A stretch of 64,000 nt of DNA from Escherichia coli (GTDB taxonomy: Bacteria; Pseudomonadota; Gammaproteobacteria; Enterobacterales; Enterobacteriaceae), in NCBI GenBank assembly GCA_902500055.1, contig GCA_902500055.1_4131.1; one strand, 5' to 3'. The position numbers and the translations under genes are program-made. Every line of letters begins with the position of its first letter. Within the stretch, counting starts at the first letter, position 1. Below the pieces are notes generated by a model, which saw nothing but the letters and a program-made list of their open reading frames with translations, was not told the DNA's origin and did not search any database. Of this stretch, positions 18,554-26,032 are shown piece by piece.

Positions 18554-18775
18554 TTATTTTGTAAGGTATAAACAGAAGTCGCCTTTATTTGCTACGCCGC
18601 CAGTGTAACGCGATGAATAGTTAGAAACGTCCTGGACTTCTGCTATTACCAGGGTATCATCATTCAATTCGTCGCAGAAGCAAACGGCTGGATCTTGTAC
18701 GCCGATTTTGTCGGCATGTTCCCGCATAGATTTCACCAGTGCTTCCAGTTGGGAAAGAGTAGTGATATTAGCCAT
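18554..18775 (-). CDS. hypothetical protein
   Basis: ORF track; start trimmed to Met11. Confidence 0.5.
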   Translation of the reverse strand: MANITTLSQLEALVKSMREHADKIGVQDPAVCFCDELNDDTLVIAEVQDVSNYSSRYTGGVANKGDFCLYLTK

Positions 18776-18863
18776 TTTATTTTCCTCATTACCAGGGAGA
18801 ACCATTTCTCCCTTTGATGTAAACCATTATACAGTACTGAAAACTAATTGCAAGTACTTTTTT

Positions 18864-19124
18864 TCAGTATTGTTTATCGTCGTCTTCCTCGATGAATTGA
18901 CCGACGAAATGATCTACTTTCGCTTTGAGGCTTTTATAATCTTCTTCTACTTCCGTTAAACGTTCCTGGTAGTATTCCAGTGCCTCAAGATACGCCGCCT
19001 CAGCAGTTTTTGCACGCATAGCTAAATTCATTCCACGCGTTTCATCATAAAGCCAATAACCATCGGTGCACTGGCTAATAGATAATGACTTGCTTAGTGC
19101 TGTATAGCTAATTACTTTACTCAT
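18864..19124 (-). CDS. hypothetical protein
   Basis: ORF track 86 aa. Confidence 0.5.
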   Translation of the reverse strand: MSKVISYTALSKSLSISQCTDGYWLYDETRGMNLAMRAKTAEAAYLEALEYYQERLTEVEEDYKSLKAKVDHFVGQFIEEDDDKQY

Positions 19125-19181
19125 TAGATAACCCTCAGTAAAGGCGGGAACTATTACCCGCCATTATCTCAGTACTGAATA

Positions 19182-19421
19182 TTACATTCCAACCATTGCA
19201 GCACGGATCGCCGTAGTGCTATACTTGAATCCGTCCGGCGTTGTAGTAGTACCGTTGGCTTTTAATCTGCGGTACATACATTCCGCAGCAATATCTTTCG
19301 TTTTACTTTGTGCGATGCAATTTTGAGCAATCCGGTATAATGATTCATCGTTATTGATCCAAAGGCTTACATTCCAATGAGTTTTGTTTTTGTGCCCGTT
19401 GTAAGTTTTAGTACTAGCCAT
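19182..19421 (-). CDS. hypothetical protein (paralog of 21221-21460)
   Basis: Shared HKNKTHWNVSLWINNDE and TPDGFKYSTTAIRAAMVGM. Confidence 0.6.
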   Translation of the reverse strand: MASTKTYNGHKNKTHWNVSLWINNDESLYRIAQNCIAQSKTKDIAAECMYRRLKANGTTTTPDGFKYSTTAIRAAMVGM

Positions 19422-19511
19422 TTTTAAATCCTCGTTTGAGCGGGGAACCACTCCCCGCCTTGATGTAAAGTATTATACGCTTTTAAACTTAGTTTACAAG
19501 TACTTTTTAAA

Positions 19512-20120
19512 TTAATATTCGATTGATTCCACTACGCCATCAATAACATTGAATTGATATTCGTTACCCTCAATCAGTGCAGTAATGTTTTCAGTAGTGA
19601 ATTGATCCTCATATGCATTCTCTAAATCACGGTACAACTTACGAGATAATTCACGGATCGCATCAGTCAGTAAGTTTTCCAGATCCTCAGCCAATGCCGC
19701 CTGTTTTACAGTTAAATCAGTGTAGCGAGTATCAACGCAACCGCCTACCGTGTTTTCGTGTGCGTAGCGTGATTGGAAACGTTCTACACTCATTTCTAAA
19801 TCATCCTCGTTCAACAGGTGACGGATTGAACGATATTTCGTTAACGCCTTAACCTTGCGTAAAAACTTCTCAGCGTCAACGTGGTTAGTACTGATTGATG
19901 CACCGTCACCTTGCGACCAAAAACCACTGTATTGCAATTCAGCTTCATCTATGCCGTATTCTGGTAGTACTGTTTCTTTATAGTACTCGATAACGCCCTC
20001 AGCAAAGAAATTATCCTCACATGAACGCTCACGATCCCGAACCAGTTCAATAGCCGCCGTTTTTTGTTCTGCGTTCAGTTCAGAAAAAGCCATAACAAAA
20101 GTAGTAGTGATAGTTTTCAT
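19512..20120 (-). CDS. hypothetical acidic protein
   Basis: ORF track 202 aa; GAGGG RBS; preceded by duplicated leader. Confidence 0.6.
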   Translation of the reverse strand: MKTITTTFVMAFSELNAEQKTAAIELVRDRERSCEDNFFAEGVIEYYKETVLPEYGIDEAELQYSGFWSQGDGASISTNHVDAEKFLRKVKALTKYRSIRHLLNEDDLEMSVERFQSRYAHENTVGGCVDTRYTDLTVKQAALAEDLENLLTDAIRELSRKLYRDLENAYEDQFTTENITALIEGNEYQFNVIDGVVESIEY

Positions 20121-20137
20121 TTTGTAACCCTCATTCA

Positions 20138-20320
20138 GTAGTTGATGTAAGTATTATACGCTTTTACTTTCTATTGTCAAACTATTTTATCAGGGGAGTT
20201 TTTCGTGTGCCTTACTCCTGGGCTACTTAACGGGAAGTTACTTATTTCGTTCCCCGTCCTGATGTAAAACATTATACGCCTTTAAACATAGTTTACAAGT
20301 ACTTTTTAAAAATAGTTTTC
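20138..20320 (-). repeat. duplicated leader cassette with tandem promoters (copy 2 of 2)
   Basis: Near-identical to 10003-10190. Confidence 0.6.
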
Positions 20321-20547
20321 AGTACTGAATATTAAAAAAAAGTATTGACAGCATTATCAAGTACTGGCATAATATACCCCATGACAACAGCTAACCCACC
20401 GGGTGCACAATTGTAACTATACTAAACTAATTTTTCTATAGATACACTCCCGCACCCTATGGGCTACGGCTTATCTGCCAATGAATACATTATGCCAGTA
20501 CTGACAAAATAAGTCAATACCGGCAATTGTAAAGATTTGTAAACTGC

Positions 20548-20784
20548 TTATACTGCAATCGCGTCCAGGCTGTAATAATAATAAGTGCCGTATTGGTGTA
20601 CTTTATTACCTTTTATTTCAGTACTGAATGAATCCGAACGGTTTGCATATGATGTTAATTTAAAGTACTTTGATTTGCTGATACGTTGCCATACACCACA
20701 GATCCGCTGTAAGTAAGTAGTTTTATTCGTGGTAGTATCTTTTACGGTTTTAACTTCAGTCATATACATATTAGTCATTTTCAT
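20548..20784 (-). CDS. hypothetical protein
   Basis: ORF track 78 aa. Confidence 0.45.
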   Translation of the reverse strand: MKMTNMYMTEVKTVKDTTTNKTTYLQRICGVWQRISKSKYFKLTSYANRSDSFSTEIKGNKVHQYGTYYYYSLDAIAV

Positions 20785-20865
20785 TACTCCAGGTTATAGG
20801 CGGGAAGAGTTCCCGCTCTCGATGTAAAACATTATACGCTTTTATCAGTACGGTGCAAGTACTTT

Positions 20866-21132
20866 TTATTCAAGTACTGCAATCTTTTTAGTACGGTACA
20901 CGGTCACGCGGTTGCCCTTTCGGTCGAGCTTTATTTCTACCACTCGACGCGATACACTATCGGGACTTTTTAAGGCCGCTAACCAGTACTGTAATGATCT
21001 GGCCGTACTACGCTTTACAATGGCCCAACGTTCACCACTTGCCGATCCCGCTCCCATATCTTTAAACGTTGCCCCGTCCTGGCGTGCGGCGATCCGAGCT
21101 TGTTCACGCGTCGCAAAATACTTAATATTCAT
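20866..21132 (-). CDS. hypothetical protein (paralog of 8811-9206)
   Basis: Start trimmed to Met13; shared motifs with 8811-9206. Confidence 0.6.
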   Translation of the reverse strand: MNIKYFATREQARIAARQDGATFKDMGAGSASGERWAIVKRSTARSLQYWLAALKSPDSVSRRVVEIKLDRKGNRVTVYRTKKIAVLE

Positions 21133-21220
21133 GTTGTTGCCCTTATCGTTGGTGTATGAATAAAACACTATTATAAAGTACTATCCCCGTGCAATAGTAC
21201 TTTAAATAAATTCTATTCTA

Positions 21221-21460
21221 TTACATTCCAACCATAGCCGCACGGATCGCAGTAGTGCTATATTTGAATCCGTCCGGTGTTTTATCTTGTCCAGTCTGTT
21301 CTAAAAATAACATCATATGACGGGCCGCATCATTGCGATTAGTATTGGCGGCAATAAAGTCCAGGGCCAACCGATACAATCCCTCATCGTTATTAATCCA
21401 CAGGCTTACATTCCAATGAGTTTTGTTTTTGTGACCTAAGAACATTTTTGATTTAGCCAT
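21221..21460 (-). CDS. hypothetical protein (paralog of 19182-19421)
   Basis: Start trimmed to Met14; shared motifs. Confidence 0.6.
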   Translation of the reverse strand: MAKSKMFLGHKNKTHWNVSLWINNDEGLYRLALDFIAANTNRNDAARHMMLFLEQTGQDKTPDGFKYSTTAIRAAMVGM

Positions 21461-21552
21461 TTTTTTAATCCTCTTATATAGTGGGGAACTATTCCCCACC
21501 TGATGTAAAACATTATACGCTTTTATTCAGTACTGTCAAACTAATTTTTAAC

Positions 21553-21915
21553 TTATTCGTAAATTTTGCCACTGTCAGCCCATACCAGGAAACGAGGCAT
21601 ATTATCCCATGCATCTTGTTTTAAATTTAAACCGTGTAATACTTCTGTACTTTCCATTCCTGGTACTGGTTTACTATACACCGCGAAATTTTCGCCCATA
21701 TACTGATAAACCATCGTCAAATCACTGGCGATCATCTTATGGATCATCGCATCAAGCATCACGGTGGCGGCGTATTGTTCACGCTTAAGCGGCAGCATTT
21801 TAATCAGTTCGCGGTATGCGTCAATGTGAGTTTTAACCGTTGCCGCCGGAAGATCTTTCATATCGTCGCGGAAGTTAACCAGGTTAGCAATGATTTTAGT
21901 GATTTGAGTCGCCAT
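21553..21915 (-). CDS. hypothetical protein
   Basis: ORF track 120 aa. Confidence 0.55.
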   Translation of the reverse strand: MATQITKIIANLVNFRDDMKDLPAATVKTHIDAYRELIKMLPLKREQYAATVMLDAMIHKMIASDLTMVYQYMGENFAVYSKPVPGMESTEVLHGLNLKQDAWDNMPRFLVWADSGKIYE

Positions 21916-22027
21916 CGTTTTAATCTCTTAAAAGTGAGTAGGGAAGTGTTCCCGCTCTCGATGTAAAACATTATACGCTTTTTTCAGTACTGTGCAAGTA
22001 CTTTCTACAAATACTTTTAAAATAGTT

Positions 22028-22127
22028 TTCTTTCTATATAGGGGAACTATTATTCAGTACTGAATCAATCCAGGGGAACTATCTTTCTATATAGGAGTAC
22101 TATTATTCAGTACTGAATCAATCCACT
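22028..22127. repeat. tandem direct repeat, 2 x about 45 bp
   Basis: TCTTTCTATATAGG(G/A)G..ACTATTATTCAGTACTGAATCAATCCA occurs twice in tandem. Confidence 0.7.
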
Positions 22128-22277
22128 AAATCATCCCTATACCCCGTAAAACGGCCTCAGACGCATTCTAACGCATTAATACACCTAAGCTATACATTTG
22201 CACCATTCTAATCATTCCAGGGCTTTACGGGCCGTTTAAACGCGTTAAATTATTTTCAATTATTTTGTTTTTAGGTA

Positions 22278-22305
22278 TTGACTTGATCCTGAAAAAGCGT
22301 ATAAT
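22278..22305 (+). promoter_or_regulatory. near-consensus sigma70 promoter in non-coding hub
   Basis: TTGACT-16 nt-TATAAT. Confidence 0.5.
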
Positions 22306-22420
22306 TACTACATAGACGCGAGAAAGCGGAAACCCCAGGGGGTGCGGAATTACGCCCAAAATTCAAGATATAAAAAAAGGATACACTCCCGCACCCTAGC
22401 AGGCAAACGCACTTTCTCAG
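22306..22420 (+). ncRNA. candidate small RNA unit 1 (speculative)
   Basis: Downstream of promoter 22278-22305; no ORF; shares CGAGAAAG, GGGTGC and TTACGCCCAAAATTCA blocks with unit 2. Confidence 0.25.
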
Positions 22421-22493
22421 TACTGAAATATAGTACCATAGTCCGGCCCAGGATAGCAAGCAAATTAATTAAAATTTTTTTGCTTCCAGGGTA

Positions 22494-22521
22494 TTGCTTT
22501 ATTTTTTCAGTACTGTATAAT
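22494..22521 (+). promoter_or_regulatory. near-consensus sigma70 promoter with extended -10
   Basis: TTGCTT-16 nt-TG-TATAAT. Confidence 0.5.
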
Positions 22522-22600
22522 AGTTCCATCAAGTCGAGAAAGACTCAAGCCCACCGGGTGCATAGTTACGCCCAAAATTCAGTACTGAAAAAATTTTTAA
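22522..22600 (+). ncRNA. candidate small RNA unit 2 (speculative)
   Basis: Downstream of promoter 22494-22521; paralogous to unit 1; no ORF. Confidence 0.25.
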
Positions 22601-22618
22601 AAATATCCGTCCAGGCCG

Positions 22619-22647
22619 TTGACATTGCCCCCAGTTTATAAGATAAT
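22619..22647 (+). promoter_or_regulatory. near-consensus sigma70 promoter
   Basis: TTGACA-17 nt-GATAAT. Confidence 0.45.
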
Positions 22648-22740
22648 GATTCCAGATTCAGAAAAATCTAACTCCAGATACTGCGGGGAAACTATCCCCA
22701 CGCGGTAGGGGAACTATTGGAAAAAACAAAATAAAATTTT

Positions 22741-22875
22741 GATTTAGCCGTCTATACTTCCAGACGTGTAACCATCTAGCCGTTTAGCCGTCCAAACGTC
22801 TAGCCATCCAGCCATCCAGAAATCTAGCCGTTTAGCCGTCTAGATGGATAGCCATCTTTACTTCCAGACTTCTGG
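22741..22875. repeat. iteron-like short direct and inverted repeat cluster
   Basis: TAGCCGT/TAGCCAT heptamer about 8 times, CTAGCCGTTTAGCCGTC twice, palindrome CCATCTAG/CTAGATGG, ACTTCCAGAC twice. Confidence 0.65.
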
Positions 22876-23925
22876 AGGGCTAGACATATCTACGTCCAAA
22901 ATCCACCCAGGGTAACTACACCCAAAATCCGTCAGTACTATACCATAGATCTATCTTTTGAAAGGGAGTATTCAGTACTGCCATCATAGCCCTCACTATG
23001 TTACCCTAGGAGGATGAAGACCATCATGTAGTACTGAATACTGTTAGAGGGAATCCACCAGCTTGTGCTGGTGGCATAATGCATTAAATTAAAATCAGTA
23101 CTGACACCATTCTGTTAATATCAGTACTGTTTATATTACGAAAAAAGAGGTTATAAAAAGATGTACCACCCATAGGAGGAACTATCCTTTCAGTACTGTC
23201 TCACGACAGGAGGTAGAGTGAATGAATTGTTTGCGGCAACTCATCTCTCTATGTAGAACATTATACAGTACTGAATCATAATGTCAATAGCTTTCTTTCA
23301 TTATTCAGTACTGATATTCTTGAGAACTACCCGACTACAAACATCATTATATCCCACAAATCATAAACGTCCCAACGTAAATTTCAACTTTCGAAGATCC
23401 AACTTTTATTTCATAGGTACTCCAAAATTTTTAGGATCGAGATTTAGGATGGAGTACTAACCAACTTTTTGCTGGAGCCTCAAGGGGTAATGGAATTTTA
23501 CCCCGAAGGGTAAAAGGGTAATTGTAATTAAGGTGAAAGTAATAATTCAGTACTAATCATTGTGTGATTACTTTTGATTACATTTGATGTAATTTGCAAA
23601 ATGGAAAAGGAGCTTGGAAACTACAAAGTACGGCAGACTTCCTCTGCCTACTTAGTGGGATATCAGTACTGAATCATTCACACACATTTCCGTGCATTCT
23701 TGAGCAATCTTGTCTATACTAATCAGTACTGAATCATATATAATCATTCTGTGATTCTACGGTGCTCATATAAATGTTTATATATGATTACTTATGACTA
23801 CCTATGATTACGGGGTTTAGCCTGGGGAGAATCCTAGTGATCGCATTTGTCCAGGCTGAATTTTAACAATTCGCCTGTACATAAAGGTTGTTCACTAGGA
23901 GCTTCCCCTGTCTCTATGTGTTTAA

Positions 23926-24117
23926 TTACTTTCTATATATAAGCATTAAGATATAGTAGTACTGATTATACTGTACATTCTCTTTAATATTATAAGGGTC
24001 TATAGCAATCTCGGTACATCTGTTAAATGCATATCTATTAAATGCCAGTGGAATTATAGATCTAATCCATACTTGTTCATTTTCTTTTAGTTTACTTATA
24101 TAGAAGTTTTTATACAT
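23926..24117 (-). CDS. family B small hypervariable protein
   Basis: ORF track 63 aa; termini MYKNFYISKL...ILMLIYRK. Confidence 0.6.
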   Translation of the reverse strand: MYKNFYISKLKENEQVWIRSIIPLAFNRYAFNRCTEIAIDPYNIKENVQYNQYYYILMLIYRK

Positions 24118-24132
24118 AGTATTCTCTATTAA

Positions 24133-24315
24133 TTAATATGATAGTACTAGTGTTAGTACTGAGCACAATTGTTCTTTATAGTTCTTATGGTATATAGAAT
24201 CTTTTATGCACTCATTGAAGTGCCATAGGTATAATCTTGGGTCGCATTCTTTATATATTCTTACGGGGACGAATGTTAGTTTTCGTATATAGAATTCTTT
24301 ATGTTCTTTATTCAT
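24133..24315 (-). CDS. family B small hypervariable protein
   Basis: ORF track; MNKEHKEFYIRKL...LTLVLSY. Confidence 0.6.
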   Translation of the reverse strand: MNKEHKEFYIRKLTFVPVRIYKECDPRLYLWHFNECIKDSIYHKNYKEQLCSVLTLVLSY

Positions 24316-24316
24316 A

Positions 24317-24505
24317 TTAGTACCTGAATATAAGTAGGATTATGTTATAGTACTGGTTAGTACTGCAATGATTCTCTATACATCGATTAACAGTTATGGA
24401 ATAGCTATATCTGGCGTAAGCATTATCCAGCGGGATTTTACATTGAGCACTTAGAGAAAGTACAGTAGGTAGTGTATTCAAATAGAAGTCTTTGTAATTA
24501 TTCAT
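24317..24505 (-). CDS. family B small hypervariable protein
   Basis: ORF track; MNNYKDFYLNTLP...ILLIFRY. Confidence 0.6.
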   Translation of the reverse strand: MNNYKDFYLNTLPTVLSLSAQCKIPLDNAYARYSYSITVNRCIENHCSTNQYYNIILLIFRY

Positions 24506-24707
24506 ACAGGAATAGTATACCTATGATACCTGAGTACAGGTTAGTACTGTTACCATCTTCGTTTGCGTTTAAAGTCATTTGAATACAATTATTGTAGCAT
24601 ACTCTGCCGAAAAATGTATTAGTACTTAAAGGTGGAGTAGTCCTTAGAAACATTTGTTCTGAGGGGCTGAGGTGTTTGGAGTAGTATTCTTTATGTTCTT
24701 TATTCAT
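24498..24707 (-). CDS. family B small hypervariable protein
   Basis: ORF track; MNKEHKEYYSKHL...ILFLYE. Confidence 0.6.
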   Translation of the reverse strand: MNKEHKEYYSKHLSPSEQMFLRTTPPLSTNTFFGRVCYNNCIQMTLNANEDGNSTNLYSGIIGILFLYE

Positions 24708-24712
24708 ATTAG

Positions 24713-24898
24713 TTAGTGTCTGTATATAAGTAATAGTAAGAATACGTACTGCACTTGTTCATCTTTAGTATTGAGTACTGTACGTATTGCGTCATTAAAC
24801 AAGAATATAGTACTTGGGTCATGAGAATTTAAAGGGGTTCTGGGTACGGCATGTTTGTAGTTCCCTTTAACAAATTGTGTGTAGTATTCTCTATGCAT
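24713..24898 (-). CDS. family B small hypervariable protein
   Basis: ORF track; MHREYYTQF...LLLLIYRH. Confidence 0.6.
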   Translation of the reverse strand: MHREYYTQFVKGNYKHAVPRTPLNSHDPSTIFLFNDAIRTVLNTKDEQVQYVFLLLLIYRH

Positions 24899-24899
24899 A

Positions 24900-25085
24900 T
24901 TAGTACCTATATATTAGGGCGATAATGTAGTACAATTCATATGGAATGTAATTTGGGGTGATCGCACACTGTGTATGGTAAATGAATTGTTCGGTATTTT
25001 TCTTATCCTTGATATCTATTGGGATTAGTGGTATAAGCATTTGGGAGTTTAGATCGAGATGGCTTAAGTAGAATTCTTTATGCAT
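24900..25085 (-). CDS. family B small hypervariable protein
   Basis: ORF track; MHKEFYLSHL...IIALIYRY. Confidence 0.6.
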   Translation of the reverse strand: MHKEFYLSHLDLNSQMLIPLIPIDIKDKKNTEQFIYHTQCAITPNYIPYELYYIIALIYRY

Positions 25086-25094
25086 ATTGTTCTT

Positions 25095-25283
25095 TTAGAA
25101 TACGAAAGCTAGGTACAGGGTATGATACAGTACTCGATGATAGCTATCAAAATCTAGTATACATGCTTTAGTGCACATAGTAAAGTACACTTTATCGTTT
25201 TGTGCAATGATACCGCGAGGTTTATCTAATAGATTAGTACTGAGGTACATTGGGAAATATTTTGTGTAGTATTCTTTATGCAT
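25095..25283 (-). CDS. family B small hypervariable protein
   Basis: ORF track; start trimmed to Met16 (MHKEYYTKYF). Confidence 0.6.
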   Translation of the reverse strand: MHKEYYTKYFPMYLSTNLLDKPRGIIAQNDKVYFTMCTKACILDFDSYHRVLYHTLYLAFVF

Positions 25284-25284
25284 A

Positions 25285-25467
25285 TTAGTACCTGAATATA
25301 AGTAGGATAGTGTTATATAGCTGGTCATAACTACTACTATTTTCTATACTTCGTTCTATGCAGTTATTGAATCCCAGTACTGCCAAATCGTTATCCATAG
25401 GGACTTTGTATCTGGCGTAGTGTTCAAAAATGCTGGGGAGAAATTGTGTGTAGTATTCTTTGTGCAT
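25285..25467 (-). CDS. family B small hypervariable protein
   Basis: ORF track; MHKEYYTQFLP...ILLIFRY. Confidence 0.6.
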   Translation of the reverse strand: MHKEYYTQFLPSIFEHYARYKVPMDNDLAVLGFNNCIERSIENSSSYDQLYNTILLIFRY

Positions 25468-25468
25468 A

Positions 25469-25660
25469 TTAGTACCTATATATTAGTAAAAGGATGTGAT
25501 ACAGTACTCGATTATAGTCTTCAATATATATCGAGGATTTAGTGCACTTAATGAAATAGTCTTTTTCGTAGTCTTTTTCTATACTCAATTGTTTTGTTGG
25601 TACAAGGTGTTGGAGATACATTGGGAGTTTCTCTATGTAGTATTCTTTGTGGTTATTCAT
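25469..25660 (-). CDS. family B small hypervariable protein
   Basis: ORF track; MNNHKEYYIEKLP...LLLIYRY. Confidence 0.6.
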   Translation of the reverse strand: MNNHKEYYIEKLPMYLQHLVPTKQLSIEKDYEKDYFIKCTKSSIYIEDYNRVLYHILLLIYRY

Positions 25661-25668
25661 ATTATGTG

Positions 25669-25848
25669 TTATTTCGTGAAAACAAGGGTTAGTACTGCAT
25701 AGTACAAGTCATACGTATCTTTAGGGTTAATAGCACCTTTAATACATTCTTTCATTACTTCATTATAGATAATTTTAGTACTGAATGTATTGGATGTTAC
25801 TATATCGGAATTAAGGTACGAGAGGTAGAATTCTTTATAAGTATTCAT
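25669..25848 (-). CDS. family B small hypervariable protein (59 aa, below ORF-track cutoff)
   Basis: Manual translation MNTYKEFYLSYL...YYAVLTLVFTK. Confidence 0.5.
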   Translation of the reverse strand: MNTYKEFYLSYLNSDIVTSNTFSTKIIYNEVMKECIKGAINPKDTYDLYYAVLTLVFTK

Positions 25849-25849
25849 A

Positions 25850-26032
25850 TTAGTACCTGAATGTTAGCATTACTACGTAGTACAGCATATATGGATTATC
25901 ATCGTATATGAGCGTGTACTTAGTACATTGTTGGAACATTATCTTTGCGTGATCTTTGATACCCAATGCAACGTTTGGTATATGGTGTTGTAGATGCATT
26001 GGGATTTTATCTTTGTAGTATTCTTTATACAT
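25850..26032 (-). CDS. family B small hypervariable protein
   Basis: ORF track; start trimmed to Met22 (MYKEYYKDKIP). Confidence 0.6.
   Translation of the reverse strand: MYKEYYKDKIPMHLQHHIPNVALGIKDHAKIMFQQCTKYTLIYDDNPYMLYYVVMLTFRY

Noticed and set aside
3486-21499. N-terminal extensions in ORF-track entries beginning MVLPG..., MFYIERGK..., MTVLKCFS..., MGNSSPLY...
   Set aside because: These extensions translate the conserved 5' stem-loop or promoter cassette; an internal Met with a proper RBS follows, so the starts were trimmed.
340-21966. Plus-strand ORFs overlapping minus-strand genes (for example 340-531, 1653-1850, 4179-4606, 5531-5805, 13868-14210, 15540-15863, 16717-17004, 19613-19852, 20912-21163, 21739-21966)
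   Set aside because: They are antisense shadows of the co-oriented minus-strand gene train, lack RBS and promoters, and have poor composition.
22342-22641. ORFs 22342-22641 (+), 22271-22459 (-) and 22350-22532 (-) in the non-coding hub
   Set aside because: They span promoters and repeats, have no RBS and low-complexity basic composition, and are more likely non-coding.
22650-23900. tRNA genes in the large non-coding region
   Set aside because: No GTTCRANYC T-loop or cloverleaf-compatible arms were found by eye; a tRNA scan would be needed to rule them out completely.
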